Assembly: GCA_036918135.1 (NCBI GenBank)
Contig: JBALDB010000018.1
Coordinates: forward strand, 32,001-96,000
Length of the DNA: 64,000 nucleotides
Direction of reading: 5' to 3'
Source of the DNA: Nostoc sp.
GTDB taxonomy: Bacteria; Cyanobacteriota; Cyanobacteriia; Cyanobacteriales; Nostocaceae
The position numbers were made by a program, and so were the translations under genes. Within the stretch, counting starts at the first letter, position 1; every line of letters starts with the position of its first letter. Under the pieces are notes generated by a model. That model saw only the letters and a program-made list of their open reading frames with translations, was not told where the DNA came from and made no database searches. Shown piece after piece: positions 50,655 to 62,188 of the stretch.

Positions 50655-50813
50655 TGAGAATTCTGATTGAGAAGCTTTAACTTTTATTTACTGAAACTTT
50701 ACTCGGTTCCCACCCAAGAGTATGATGACTTCCTAGTTATGCAAATAAAGACTGTACAAGCCGCTTCGTTTTGTACAAAGAACTTTTTGTTTTGTAATAA
50801 AAGGAAACACTCT

Positions 50814-51308
50814 ATGCGTCGATTGTTTGCTTTGATTTTAGCGATTTGTCTTTGGTGCAATTTTGCCCCCCCAGCAAAAGCTTTAGGGGCTAACTTGACA
50901 CTGTGCAAAGACACTCCCGCTTTTCAAGAGCTAGCAGCTAATGCCCGTAATACTACTAGTGACCCACAATCAGGACAAAAGCGGTTTGAGCGTTATTCTC
51001 AAGCGCTATGTGGTCCTGAGGGTTACCCCCACTTGATTGTAGATGGCCGTTTAGATCGTGCTGGTGATTTCTTGATTCCCAGCATTCTATTTCTATATAT
51101 TACTGGTTGGATTGGCTGGGTAGGTCGTGCCTATCTGATAGCGATCAAAAAGGAATCTGACCCCGAACAAAAAGAAATCCAAATTGACCTAGCTTTGGCA
51201 CTACCCATAATGGCCACAGGCTTTACTTGGCCACTAGCAGCAGTCCAAGAATTACTCTCTAATAAATTAGCAGCCAAAGATTCAGAAATTCCCGTTTCCC
51301 CACGCTAA
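50814..51308 (+). CDS. psaF: Photosystem I subunit III
   Basis: [29 protein letters not shown]. Confidence 0.97.
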   Translation: MRRLFALILAICLWCNFAPPAKALGANLTLCKDTPAFQELAANARNTTSDPQSGQKRFERYSQALCGPEGYPHLIVDGRLDRAGDFLIPSILFLYITGWIGWVGRAYLIAIKKESDPEQKEIQIDLALALPIMATGFTWPLAAVQELLSNKLAAKDSEIPVSPR

Positions 51309-51346
51309 ATCGATTTTACTAATTCATTTGTTTGGAGACTAAATTC

Positions 51347-51496
51347 ATGGCAGACAAAGGCGACCAATCATCCTATTTGGTTAAATTTATTTCCACAGCC
51401 CCAGTGGCAGCTACTATATGGTTGACAATCACAGCAGGTATTGTGATTGAATTCAACCGCTTTTTCCCAGATTTACTTTTCCACCCACTACCATAA
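51347..51496 (+). CDS. psaJ: Photosystem I subunit IX (not in ORF track)
   Basis: [49 protein letters not shown]. Confidence 0.95.
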   Translation: MADKGDQSSYLVKFISTAPVAATIWLTITAGIVIEFNRFFPDLLFHPLP

Positions 51497-51756
51497 GTGG
51501 AAAATGAGATTTAGGATAATTCTCTAAAATTGTTTAGTTAGTATGTTTGGACTAACTAAGCAAAATTCTCGCCTAAATAGACAGCAAAAAGAGTTTTTTG
51601 AAACTCGCGATCCAATTGATATATCGCGAGTTTCACAGTTTTTAAATAAGCTAAATTAATTTTTCTAAACTTGCTAAGCAAAAGACATCTTTAGCTACAA
51701 TTATTATTAATATAAAAATGCCACCATTTATTTTAATTGAGAGGCGAACATAAAAT

Positions 51757-52278
51757 ATGGCGCAAGCAGTAGATGCATCCAAAGATCTGCCGAGCGATCC
51801 GAGAAATCGGGAAGTTGTTTTTCCGGCATTCCGCAATCCACAGTTAGGTAACCTAGAAACTCCGATTAATTCTTCTCCCTTGGTCAAGTGGTTTATTAAT
51901 AACTTACCTGCCTATCGTCCAGGTCTGAGTACTGGTAGACGTGCGCTAGAAGTCGGAGCAGCTCATGGCTACTGGCTGTTTGGCCCTTTTGCCAAATTGG
52001 GTCCACTGCGGGATACAGCTGATGCTAATTTAGCTGGGTTACTATCAGCGATCGGTTTAGTTGTTGTTTTGACCGGCGCTTTATCTTTATATGCCAATAG
52101 TAATCCTCCAAAAGCACTTCCTAGTGTTACCGTACCCAATCCTCCAACAGATACTTTTAACTCTAATGAAAGCTGGAATAACTTCGCCAGTTCTTTCTTA
52201 ATTGGTGGTATTGGTGGTGCAGTAGTTGCTTACTTTTTGACTACAAATTTGGAACTAATTCGAGGTTTATTTGGTTAA
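51757..52278 (+). CDS. psaL: Photosystem I subunit XI
   Basis: GNLETPINSS, NLPAYR, AHGY. Confidence 0.97.
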   Translation: MAQAVDASKDLPSDPRNREVVFPAFRNPQLGNLETPINSSPLVKWFINNLPAYRPGLSTGRRALEVGAAHGYWLFGPFAKLGPLRDTADANLAGLLSAIGLVVVLTGALSLYANSNPPKALPSVTVPNPPTDTFNSNESWNNFASSFLIGGIGGAVVAYFLTTNLELIRGLFG

Positions 52279-52586
52279 TTTAGTCATTAGTCATTGGTCA
52301 CTTGTGCTGAGCATACCCCTGCTCTTAAGCAAGCTACTTTGTAGCGTCTCTATTTGGAGAAGCCGTTGGCGCAGCCTCTCGTAGAGAAGCATTAGTCATT
52401 GGTTAGTAGTTAAGAACAGAAAATGATAAAGAACAAAGGACAAATGACACATAACAAATGACAAAGCGCAAAGTTATGAGCAAAGGAAACTTTCTCTAAG
52501 AACTTTGTAATAAAGGACACAAAGAAAAAGCTTTGTGTCCTTTGTTTATTAATCCTAAAGGTGGGTATGTTGTTAAAAATACTATA

Positions 52587-53210
52587 TTATTTAAACAAAG
52601 CTGCTTCGATGTCATTTAAAGCAGTTTGAAAATCGTCATTAACGATTTGAAGGTCAAATTCATTTGCGGCTTTAATTTCTTCGTGGGCGCGGTGCAGACG
52701 ACGAGCGATCGCATCTTCAGAGTCTTGACCGCGAAAGCGTATCCGTTTCTCCAATTCCTCAAAAGAAGGCGGTAAAATAAAAATGCTGAAGGCACTGGGG
52801 AAGGAAGCACGAATTTGTCTTGCTCCTTTTAACTCAATTTCTAACACTACCAATTTGCCAGAATTAATTTGCTTAAGTACAGCTTTACGGGGAGTACCGT
52901 AATAGTTACCAGTAAATTCTGCCCACTCTAATAATTCACCTTCAGCAATTAATTGCTCAAACTGACTGCGGCTAATAAAGTAATAATTTATGCCATCAAT
53001 TTCCCCTGGACGGGGAGAACGCGTTGTCACGGATACAGAATAATACAGTTGGGGATGACGGTTTAAGAGCGATCGCATCAAAGTGCCTTTACCGACCCCA
53101 CTGGGGCCAGTTAAGACAATTAACCTACCTGGATTAGGAGATTCTTTGGTAGTAGCGCTACTCTGAATGGGTAAAACTTCGATCATCCTTTTAACCTGTG
53201 AATTAATCAA
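52587..53210 (-). CDS. gmk: Guanylate kinase
   Basis: [22 protein letters not shown]. Confidence 0.96.
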   Translation of the reverse strand: MINSQVKRMIEVLPIQSSATTKESPNPGRLIVLTGPSGVGKGTLMRSLLNRHPQLYYSVSVTTRSPRPGEIDGINYYFISRSQFEQLIAEGELLEWAEFTGNYYGTPRKAVLKQINSGKLVVLEIELKGARQIRASFPSAFSIFILPPSFEELEKRIRFRGQDSEDAIARRLHRAHEEIKAANEFDLQIVNDDFQTALNDIEAALFK

Positions 53211-53354
53211 TAGATATTATTTATTAGTCTTGCATTCGTCGCCAAGCCCACCGTTAACTACAGAATTTGTAGTATTGGTGACAAAAAATTCGTCTAATTC
53301 ACATGGTAGTGCCGATATACTGCAAATAGAGTAAGGTTTTTAACCCACTGCTAG

Positions 53355-53621
53355 TCAATTATCTACAGTTTGATGCTCGCGGGAAATCACAAAACGATTC
53401 GCTACCGTTTCCGGCTGGATTGCTGAGAGAATTACGTGGCTGGAATCAGTAATAATTACAGCCCTAGTCCGGCGACCGTAAGTTGCATCAATCAGTTGAC
53501 CTCTGTCCCGTGCATCGGTAATAATCCGCTTAATTGGGGCAGACTCTGGACTGACAATGGCAACTACTCGGTTGGCAGACACGATGTTACCAAAGCCGAT
53601 GTTGATTAATTGAATATCCAT
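53355..53621 (-). CDS. remA: RemA/DUF370 family protein
   Basis: [18 protein letters not shown]. Confidence 0.88.
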   Translation of the reverse strand: MDIQLINIGFGNIVSANRVVAIVSPESAPIKRIITDARDRGQLIDATYGRRTRAVIITDSSHVILSAIQPETVANRFVISREHQTVDN

Positions 53622-53871
53622 AAAAAACTAACTACAAACGCAGTTTGAGAAGCTTGTAATAAACTTATTTACATGTTATCGCCTATAAACAGGAGTTACA
53701 ACGCTTAAATACACGCCAGCCTTCGCTTTTAAATTAATGTCTGCTTTTTTTAGCCTTTTATTCGCTAAATTCCCTAAAAATATACCCAAAGATATAGTGA
53801 AAATTGTACTGGTATAAGGTACTCAAGTGACATACATTTATATTGTTTGAAACAAGTATCTGGCTGGAAAA

Positions 53872-54900
53872 TTGACACCAAGCAAAATCGATTGGAAGCG
53901 TTTGGCTCTAACTGCCCTGGCTGACTACAATATCAGTGCAGCTCAATTGGTATTTTTGGGTCATAGCGAAAATGTGACGTTTCGTGTTGACACTTTCAGT
54001 AGTGAAAATTTTGCTACATCTAAAGAGTTTGACGGTCAAAGATTATTTCTTCTCCGTATCCATTATCCAATCGCTCGGTGCTGCGATCGCATTTGGCAAC
54101 AACAGGCTGTCATTGAATCAGAACTCATGTGGCTTACTGCCTTGCATGAAGATACCGATTTAGTCGTGCCATACCCGGTGCAAAACCAGAGTGGCACTTT
54201 CGTTACCTCTGTTGCAATCGCTCAAACTAGCGAAACACTCAACTGTACACTACTAAATTGGGTCGATGGTTCTCCCCTCGACAGCCAACCCACACCGACG
54301 CAGGCTTGTCAAGTCGGGGAACTTATGGCTAGGTTGCACCAGCACGCTAGCTTTTGGGAATTACCTTTAGGCTTTACACGACCAAAATATGACTGCGAGC
54401 AATTACACGCCTCACTGATGGAGCTACGATCGCTAATAGATGCTGGTACAATCTCTATTGCTGATTTCGCTGTGCTTGAGACTGTGGTACAGCAAATTGG
54501 TGATGTGATGACGGCACTAGAAAAAACACGCTCTAATTGGGGCTTAATTCATGGAGATCTGAATGAAAATAATTACATTTTTTATGCAGGTGAAGCGCGA
54601 GCGATCGATTTTTCCCGGTGTGGCTTTGGTTACTATCTTTATGACATTGCTTCTACACTCAAACATCTATTCCCCGAAAATCGGAAATCGTTTCTCAGTA
54701 GCTATCACAACGTGCGCCAACTGTCTGATGATTATCAAAATATTTTAGAAGCATTATTTATTGCAGCAACGATAGATAATTTTGCGTTTCTCGCATCACA
54801 GCCGAATGAACACGATTGCTTATCACAAGATATACCTTACGTTACCAAAAAGCTTTGTAGTAAATATCTAAAAGGCGAGACATTTTTGTTCGAGTCTTAG
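53872..54900 (+). CDS. APH/homoserine-kinase-type phosphotransferase
   Basis: SEN, LRIH, IHGDL..N, IDF, YDIA. Confidence 0.85.
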   Translation: MTPSKIDWKRLALTALADYNISAAQLVFLGHSENVTFRVDTFSSENFATSKEFDGQRLFLLRIHYPIARCCDRIWQQQAVIESELMWLTALHEDTDLVVPYPVQNQSGTFVTSVAIAQTSETLNCTLLNWVDGSPLDSQPTPTQACQVGELMARLHQHASFWELPLGFTRPKYDCEQLHASLMELRSLIDAGTISIADFAVLETVVQQIGDVMTALEKTRSNWGLIHGDLNENNYIFYAGEARAIDFSRCGFGYYLYDIASTLKHLFPENRKSFLSSYHNVRQLSDDYQNILEALFIAATIDNFAFLASQPNEHDCLSQDIPYVTKKLCSKYLKGETFLFES

Positions 54901-54933
54901 ATTCGGAACAGCTTCTTGTTCTGATAGAATGCT

Positions 54934-55758
54934 TTACATTCGCCATTTATAATGCGGAACCCAATCAAGAATATCTTTCGCAAGTTGGTTGTTAATCAGA
55001 GCTTTATAAGGTTGATGTTCATATTCGGAACCACCACGCCAATCGACTTCAGGAAGTAGCGATTGAGCCATTTCTTGACTAGTTCGATGAGCTGAAGAAA
55101 TATCATCCGCACATAGCAACAAGGTTACATGACCAGGATTTGGGCAGTGTAAGGCGCACCGTGCAGCCTCAGCAGCATCTCTCACATCCAGAAAAGCGCC
55201 GTATTCCCAAAATGGATTCCATTCAAAATCGGGATTGGCTTGCCGATTAGAAATAATAAAATCATAAGTCTCTTTATTAAAGACACCAGGTGGTCGCAAA
55301 CAAATAGTTGAGATACCTGTGCTATCGGTAAAATATTGGCACATTTCTTCACCAAGCCGCTTGGAAATAGCGTAAGGAGTGGATGGATAACAAGGATGAT
55401 TCTCGTCTAAAGGAAGATAATCCGGTTTTCTTTCACCTTTGAAGATTCCCAATACATCAACGCTGCTGAAGAAAACGATACGTTTCACTTTTGCCTGTGC
55501 TGCCGCACTTAGAATATGCCAAGTGCCAAGAAGATTGACTGCGATTATTTCATCTGGTGAATCTTCAGAGCTTACAAGCAATGCCGCTAGATGAACGATC
55601 GCATCACAACCTTGAATAGCAGAACGGATTTCGTTTGGATTTAAAATATTATGACCACTTACAATATCAAAGCCAATCACTTCACATCCGTCGGCACGCA
55701 AAACTTTTTCAACAACCGAACCAATTGTTCCTTCGTTGCCAGTCACTAATATTTTCAT
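54934..55758 (-). CDS. NAD-dependent epimerase/dehydratase
   Basis: TGNEGTIG, HLAA, YAISK. Confidence 0.9.
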   Translation of the reverse strand: MKILVTGNEGTIGSVVEKVLRADGCEVIGFDIVSGHNILNPNEIRSAIQGCDAIVHLAALLVSSEDSPDEIIAVNLLGTWHILSAAAQAKVKRIVFFSSVDVLGIFKGERKPDYLPLDENHPCYPSTPYAISKRLGEEMCQYFTDSTGISTICLRPPGVFNKETYDFIISNRQANPDFEWNPFWEYGAFLDVRDAAEAARCALHCPNPGHVTLLLCADDISSAHRTSQEMAQSLLPEVDWRGGSEYEHQPYKALINNQLAKDILDWVPHYKWRM

Positions 55759-56037
55759 AAATAATTTCAGTTTTATCAGTACTTAAAGTTTAGAACTGGG
55801 GCGCTCACACCTTAGTTAAGTTACTATTACCTCAAGTCAATCAGGGAAATTAGCCCATGAACCTAATTTTAGAGCGTGAAACATCTCCTCTTCGAGAAGA
55901 TGAAACAGAGGTTACTTCTTCTTCATTCCCCACCTCCACACCCTACACCCCACACCCTAAAACCAGTAATATCAATGATTTCCGCTTATCTTAGTGCCAT
56001 TCGTCTATAGGCTTTTCCGGAATTGGCTAACGTATTA

Positions 56038-58383
56038 TTACTTAGCAGTCTTTTTCAAACCTTGCCAGCTTTCTCGCAATCGTATCAAGTTAGGCGTATG
56101 ACCACCATAACGCCAGCTAACATAAGCTTGACAAATTTCATCTATTACTTGGGCAGTTGTTGGGGCATGATGTTGGTATGAAACTCTGGCATACTCTAAA
56201 GGTGTTTGTGCTGGATGTTTACCTAAACCTTTCTGGGCTGTCCATTGCAGCATTTGTTGATAAAGGCTTTCCATTGCTGGCAATTTCTTTAACCATCGAC
56301 GATTACGCCACTCTCGCCACTGTCCCCAACCTAGCCAAGCAAAGAAAGCTATGGTAGTACCCAAGATTAAGCCAGTCAAGACACCGAACCAACCTTGAGA
56401 GAATAAAGCTAAAAACCAAGCGATCGCTCTACTCACCCAGTTGAATATTGTCCCAAATACATTATTCAATAAACCTGTTACCGGAGAAGGTAACCATCCA
56501 GCAATCCACTGCCAAAATTGCCGCAACACGCTAAAAGTCTCAGTATCTTCTATTGAGGGGGGTATCAAGGGATGATTGGGAATTGGATCGAAGGCAAACC
56601 AACCATATTTAGGGAAATATACCTCCGTCATCACATAAGCGTCTGTATTACGGACAACATACATCCCAGTGAATGGATTAAACTCTCCCGAACTAAACCC
56701 CGCTACTAACCGTGCTGGGATACCAATGGAACGCAGCATCACCGTGAGAACTGTGGAAAAATGGTCTGGATAGCCTCCTTTGTACTTGAATAAAAAAGCT
56801 TCTACCAAGTCTTCTTTTTCATCTAAATAAGGTAGTTCTAAGGGATTTTGTGGAACAGAGTAGTATTGCTTTAGGTATTGAGCTAAGTAAAGAGCCTTTT
56901 CATATGCTGAATCCAGACTTTTAGACGACTTTCCTACCTGGTGTTGATTGTAGTTGGCGAGGATTTCTTCGGTGCGTTGCCGGACTTTTTGGGCAATTTC
57001 GGACGGTATTTGAAGATAATGGTTTTTAATATCTCGTGGATATTTAGTAGAAGTTTGACCTAACAAAGTCCGATCGCGGTATGGTACTTCGGAAACTACT
57101 GTATAAGTTACGCCTTCTGATAATTCCACAGGCGATCGCAAGCCGTTTTCTTTATCAACTGCAATCATTGGTGTGGGAAAATAAAGCTCTTTGGGATTAG
57201 CCATTGCTGGAATTAGATTCGGCAATTCCGACACCACTGTATAAGTTTGTACGACTTCTTGAGTTTTTCCAGTAATCAAAGGTGGAGGAATAAAAATTTG
57301 GTAAGACCAAGGCGATCGCCTGATGGTGGTAACATCTTCATTACGAGAAACTTCCCATCCTTTACCTGTATAACGGTCAAATGCCAACACTCGCCAAAAA
57401 CCCTCAGCTTGCGATCGGACTCGCATTACAACCTTGGGTTTCATCTCGCCCCGCAGGTTTTGGTTGATTTGGCTATTAAAACCGTAGTAAAAATTATTAT
57501 CTACTTTTCCTGGTTGACCAGTTTGGTTTTGTCCTGCACCATCTCCTTGATTATTACTATTACCTTGACGGACATAACCGGGATTAATAATAGTACGTCC
57601 TGTAAAACTGCCTTTAATCTCTATTAGAGAACTTACAGGAAAACTTCGTAATTGATAGCCAGGTAATCTTGGTAAAACAGCAAAAATTGCCAGTCCCAGA
57701 CCGACAATTATAAAAAAATTAATAATTAAAAATTTAAAATTTAAACTTGAGAATTTCCCTTTAGGTATTTTTTGTGTTTGCGTTTTTAATGACTGCAAAC
57801 CCAAACGCGAACGGTAATCTAATACTAAAGTTGGCAGAGCGATCGCTAAAAATAACAGTAATACAGGAGCAAATGCTAAAGTTTGACTTAGTGTTGCAGC
57901 TACACCTAATAAAATCAATCCGATGACAATCGAATAACCCAAATTTTTGCGGCGGGGTGTATCAAAGCTGTGCAATACCTGTAGTTGAATCAATAACTCT
58001 GCTAAACCTAAGCGCGTATCATTCAACTCTGTCACTAACCGCCCAAAGAAAGCACCCAGTGCTATTAACATGCCGATGGCGATACAGAATTTTATTGCAA
58101 CATTGCGATCGCGGCGACGATAGTAACTCCAAATCGCACCTACTACACTCAAGGGTAACGCCCAAAGACTGAATGAAGTCTCAGCAGCGATATCTGTCGC
58201 CACAATTCCCAAAATAACCAACGCTAGCACCAGCACCCGTAAGGGAATTGAATCTTCCACTTCTGTCAAATGCGAACCCTGTGTATTTTGCTGCCCGAAA
58301 TTATCTGTAGGCAGACGCCAAAACCGATTCATCCTGGATAAGTTAAACATTTCGAGTCTAAGGTGTAGATCCCACGGAAACAA
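56038..58383 (-). CDS. Membrane transglutaminase-like protein (DUF3488/TgpA-type)
   Basis: TM N-terminus; GIPARLVAGF, EVYFPKYGW..FDP; catalytic Cys apparently absent (GYPDHF). Confidence 0.85.
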   Translation of the reverse strand: MFPWDLHLRLEMFNLSRMNRFWRLPTDNFGQQNTQGSHLTEVEDSIPLRVLVLALVILGIVATDIAAETSFSLWALPLSVVGAIWSYYRRRDRNVAIKFCIAIGMLIALGAFFGRLVTELNDTRLGLAELLIQLQVLHSFDTPRRKNLGYSIVIGLILLGVAATLSQTLAFAPVLLLFLAIALPTLVLDYRSRLGLQSLKTQTQKIPKGKFSSLNFKFLIINFFIIVGLGLAIFAVLPRLPGYQLRSFPVSSLIEIKGSFTGRTIINPGYVRQGNSNNQGDGAGQNQTGQPGKVDNNFYYGFNSQINQNLRGEMKPKVVMRVRSQAEGFWRVLAFDRYTGKGWEVSRNEDVTTIRRSPWSYQIFIPPPLITGKTQEVVQTYTVVSELPNLIPAMANPKELYFPTPMIAVDKENGLRSPVELSEGVTYTVVSEVPYRDRTLLGQTSTKYPRDIKNHYLQIPSEIAQKVRQRTEEILANYNQHQVGKSSKSLDSAYEKALYLAQYLKQYYSVPQNPLELPYLDEKEDLVEAFLFKYKGGYPDHFSTVLTVMLRSIGIPARLVAGFSSGEFNPFTGMYVVRNTDAYVMTEVYFPKYGWFAFDPIPNHPLIPPSIEDTETFSVLRQFWQWIAGWLPSPVTGLLNNVFGTIFNWVSRAIAWFLALFSQGWFGVLTGLILGTTIAFFAWLGWGQWREWRNRRWLKKLPAMESLYQQMLQWTAQKGLGKHPAQTPLEYARVSYQHHAPTTAQVIDEICQAYVSWRYGGHTPNLIRLRESWQGLKKTAK

Positions 58384-58810
58384 TGCTAAAGACGGAACTG
58401 ACCGCCTAATTTTAAGTATTCCCGTTGGGCGAAGTTTTCTTATCCTGTTTGTTAAGCGTCTATAAGTGTAAAATTGATGGCTTGGTAAAATAGAGGCGTG
58501 GCGAAATCAGCACAACACATCCAATTAACTCGTTCCCCAGGCTTTGCGACTACTTAAATTTCCGTAGTCCCTGCAGGCGGACAAGAATTTGTATAGCCAC
58601 GAATTGTATTTGCCAGGGTTTTTAATCCAAAATTGGTGTTATGGGGTGAGTCTACACATGCCTAAGAGATGGCAACCTACATTAAGTAAGCACCCTGTTG
58701 CTAGCAGTCTCGCAAGAGAAACTAAAGCCCCAAAGCAACAGCTAGGGGAAAAGTTATCTTAATATATATCGGCGTTGAGTAATGTAGTGTGCTAGCGGTA
58801 GCAATTTAGA

Positions 58811-59791
58811 CTAGATAGTGGGACTAATTACAAACAACAAAGGTTGTTCGTCTATTTCTGGAAACTCAACTTCTAGGGTATAAATTGAGTTAAGTTGCTC
58901 GCAGCCTAACTCTACACTTAGGTATCCAGAACTCGAAGATGTTGTCATTGCTAAGGTGCCACTTCCCTGCAATGTCAAAGTTCCTTTAACAGGTAAATCA
59001 GCTTGAACAAGTAACCTCGTAAGTTTACCTAGAAATTGGTACTCTACTTTAATGTTTAAAGTACCGACACTGGTCAGCCATTGTCTTTCCACCACTGGAC
59101 TAGTTGCTGAAAGTGGTAGAGTCAGATTTTCCAGCAATTGTTTCGCCGCCAGCAATGACAAAGCCATCTGTTGACGGGGTTGTAAATCTGAGTAATCACT
59201 CTGAATTTCAGGCATCTTATCCAGAGTATTCACTGAACGATAGGTACTTCTTAGCACTAAACCAGCTATGTCATTTAATGCCTGAGACTCATTTGGGAAA
59301 AAGTTCTCCACCACTTGAACTAATTTTGCTCCCAGCGGCACTGAAGATGTAACCAACGCCTGACACTGTTCTAGCAGTTGCCGGAAAACTCTTTCTGGCA
59401 GGGGAATCGGCAGATTCAGTTTCGACTGTTGTGCCATCCATCCCCAGGTAGGAACGAGCGTCATTGACGGCTCATCAATAAAATCGGGATAGTCAGTTAA
59501 TTGTGTTTCCCAAGGAAACAACGGTGGGTGGTCTTGGATTTGGATTTGTAACCGACGCTTAAGGACGGCTTGGAAACGATCTTGCACAGTAGGAATTTCT
59601 CCCAGTTGAAAGGCCTGGGGCTTTCCTCTCAATTTTGGCTCACTGTTTTTTGAAGCAGTGGCTTGATTGTAGAGGTTTTTTACCCCGTCATTTTCCTTAC
59701 ATTCTACCGAGGGATACTCACCGTTTTTGACATTATCTGTCAATAACCAATAGAGACACTCTTGTTGTAAGGATTCTGAGTCACTATTCAT
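58811..59791 (-). CDS. patU: PatU heterocyst pattern protein
   Basis: Overlaps hetZ stop; PTVQDRFQAVLKRRL..PPLFPWE. Confidence 0.8.
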   Translation of the reverse strand: MNSDSESLQQECLYWLLTDNVKNGEYPSVECKENDGVKNLYNQATASKNSEPKLRGKPQAFQLGEIPTVQDRFQAVLKRRLQIQIQDHPPLFPWETQLTDYPDFIDEPSMTLVPTWGWMAQQSKLNLPIPLPERVFRQLLEQCQALVTSSVPLGAKLVQVVENFFPNESQALNDIAGLVLRSTYRSVNTLDKMPEIQSDYSDLQPRQQMALSLLAAKQLLENLTLPLSATSPVVERQWLTSVGTLNIKVEYQFLGKLTRLLVQADLPVKGTLTLQGSGTLAMTTSSSSGYLSVELGCEQLNSIYTLEVEFPEIDEQPLLFVISPTI

Positions 59792-61001
59792 GAGTAGATG
59801 CACTCGATCCGGACACTAATGAGTTACGAATTTCCCAAGCTTGTTCAAGAATTTTAAACCATCGTTTTTGCAGTTGTGCCATTGACAGCCCTAAAGTTTT
59901 AGCTATTTTTTCATCGCTTTGTCCTTGTTGCTTCAACTCTAGTAAAGACCGCTGTTTATTATCCAACTGTGCTGTGTATACTTGCCATTGCTGCGGAGTT
60001 AAGCCCAAGTTGGTATGCAATGAAGCTTCTAGCCACTCATGAACTAATTCCCAACGGTGCAACAAGGCAAATCGAATTAAATGATACTTGAAGCGCTGCT
60101 GTAAGTAATCTCTCTGACGAGGGGTTAAACCTAAAACCGACTCAATTTCCTGTGCTGATAGATCTTGGAGACGAAGCGAAAAGTAATCAGCACAGTCAGA
60201 TTGTTGCCGTTGTTCGAGATAATTCATTAATTCCGTAATCACAACGGAGCGCAATGTGTCTTCTTCCGGTTCGGATTCTGTTTGGGTTGCCATTGTGGAG
60301 CGCAATTGCTGGATGGCTGGTTCTTCCCAACCGTCAGCTTCACTGTTGCTACCTTCTGCGGCTTGTTCTATATCTACGCTGGTTTCGGGGGGTTGCTGTT
60401 GAGAGAAAGTTTGCGCTCGCAGGATAATTAGCTGCTGCTGACGGCCTGGTAAGGGAATTCGTCGTTTACCATAGCGTTCGGTAAATGCCATGTACTCAGC
60501 CAATTCCAGAAGCGTTTGCGGACGATAAGTGGCACCAAGTTGATTTTCTCGCCGAAAAGCGTTCAATGCTTCTAGATAAAAACTTTGTAGGAAATCTTCA
60601 ATTATAGTCAGCCGTCCTTGATAGCTTAATTGCTTCTGAGGAGGATTAATGTAACGATAAATAATAGCGCTCAAAGTACTGTGTAATTCTACCCTGCCCC
60701 GATTTGAACCCAACTGATAGTACCTAAGACACTGTTGCAGCCGATGTCGGGCGAGGGTAAGTGCCGAGCTTTCTACAGTTCCAGAAGCTTGGATACGTTT
60801 GCTTTCACTGCAAATCCGGTAGACTTCGGTGGTAATTCGTCTTGCTACATCGTGGCAATTCTGCTCCGAGGCTTTAGTTGACTGCTGAAACTCCCTGGAC
60901 AGGAGTTGAAAGATCGCCTCCACACCAATAGAATTTTCTCCCAGAATAGTTGCAGATGGAATAGTTGCGGTTGCGGCTGAATTCATAGTCTCGGTTTTCA
61001 A
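59784..61001 (-). CDS. hetZ: Heterocyst differentiation protein HetZ
   Basis: RICSESKRIQ, LELAEYMAFTERY, RDYLQQRFKY; synteny with patU. Confidence 0.85.
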   Translation of the reverse strand: MKTETMNSAATATIPSATILGENSIGVEAIFQLLSREFQQSTKASEQNCHDVARRITTEVYRICSESKRIQASGTVESSALTLARHRLQQCLRYYQLGSNRGRVELHSTLSAIIYRYINPPQKQLSYQGRLTIIEDFLQSFYLEALNAFRRENQLGATYRPQTLLELAEYMAFTERYGKRRIPLPGRQQQLIILRAQTFSQQQPPETSVDIEQAAEGSNSEADGWEEPAIQQLRSTMATQTESEPEEDTLRSVVITELMNYLEQRQQSDCADYFSLRLQDLSAQEIESVLGLTPRQRDYLQQRFKYHLIRFALLHRWELVHEWLEASLHTNLGLTPQQWQVYTAQLDNKQRSLLELKQQGQSDEKIAKTLGLSMAQLQKRWFKILEQAWEIRNSLVSGSSASTHE

Positions 61002-61152
61002 AAGACCCTAACGTATTTAAATACAACCTGTACGACCGTGGGTGTTGGCTTTTTGGGTTTTGCGTATAAGCTAAACGCAGAGCAATCCTACGTTGAAGAT
61101 GTGCCTGATTTTATTATTCCCAAGTTTTATGGGATTGTTCACATTTTGATAG

Positions 61153-61665
61153 ATGTTATTGCCATTACCCAGGAGCCGTATACAAGTCATTATGGATTTA
61201 CAAACACAAATTCAATTGCTGATTGACAATGCACCCCGCGATGGTATAACACCAAATCTGATTACAGCAATTGCTCCTGCCCTAAGAGCGATCGCTCAAA
61301 AATTACGTTACTCCCAGTACTATATTCTCCAAAGTTCGGAGGGCAACTGGGTTTTAACTACGTTGAGCAATCGTACTAATCCAGGATTGGAAAAGCAGGT
61401 GATTTACGCTTTTCCTACCATACAGGATGTCTCCCTAATTTCCACTGCTGGGCTTGACCCTCAAATGCTAACTAAAATTGTTCCGGTTACCCATATTTTG
61501 TTTCAATTGCTGGCATTAGAACCCGTAGATAGTATCGTTTTTTTGGAAACGCCGGGTCAGACCACTCATACCTTTGAAGTCCGGCGAACTGACCTAGAAA
61601 AACTCATGCAACAACAGCTACGACAGATCCGATCGCCTAAAAACATACCCCCTGATATTGCATAG
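61153..61665 (+). CDS. Hypothetical protein (likely start ATG 61192)
   Basis: ORF divergent from hetZ. Confidence 0.7.
   Translation: MLLPLPRSRIQVIMDLQTQIQLLIDNAPRDGITPNLITAIAPALRAIAQKLRYSQYYILQSSEGNWVLTTLSNRTNPGLEKQVIYAFPTIQDVSLISTAGLDPQMLTKIVPVTHILFQLLALEPVDSIVFLETPGQTTHTFEVRRTDLEKLMQQQLRQIRSPKNIPPDIA
61446..61460 (-). promoter_or_regulatory. Putative HetR-binding site upstream of hetZ
   Basis: Minus strand GGGTCAAGCCCAGCA (GGG-N5-CCC), about 450 bp upstream of hetZ. Confidence 0.65.
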
Positions 61666-61822
61666 AATAGTTTTGATTGTGAGATTTTTTCGATACAACT
61701 CAATCTCTCTCTTGAAAGTTTATGAGCACCAGAAATCGGCGCTCATAAATTTTTGAAAAATTTTCAATTTTCAATCTGTCTGAAAAAATTTGCTGAATTA
61801 GGAAACCATTTTTTCCCTATCG

Positions 61823-62046
61823 CTTTGTAATATCTAAAATTAATTAAAAAATAGTTAGCAGTGAACAATTCTCAATTTTTTTATTTACTATTCGTAGATT
61901 AGATTAAGCAACGAAACTCAACATTTGTGGATTTGTTGGCTTCTCTTACAGGAAACCCAACCTACAGTTAGTATTTTCAAGTCTTTGTTATATCTAAAAT
62001 TGATTAAAAAATAGTTAGCAGCGAACAATTCTCTATTTTTTATTTA
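61823..62046 (+). repeat. ~65-bp direct repeat flanking a short dispersed-repeat-like element
   Basis: 61823-61887 resembles 61983-62046; GAAACCCAACCTAC between them. Confidence 0.75.
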
Positions 62047-62188
62047 GTTCTGCTAAGCCAAAAATACCCCCCTAAGAATAGGTGGCAGGTTTCACTTAGG
62101 TAGAACTTACGCAACTGACACATCTATTTTTCGTAATCCGGGTCAAGACCTAAGTCAAAGACCCTGCGCTCTGTGAGTGACAACTAAT

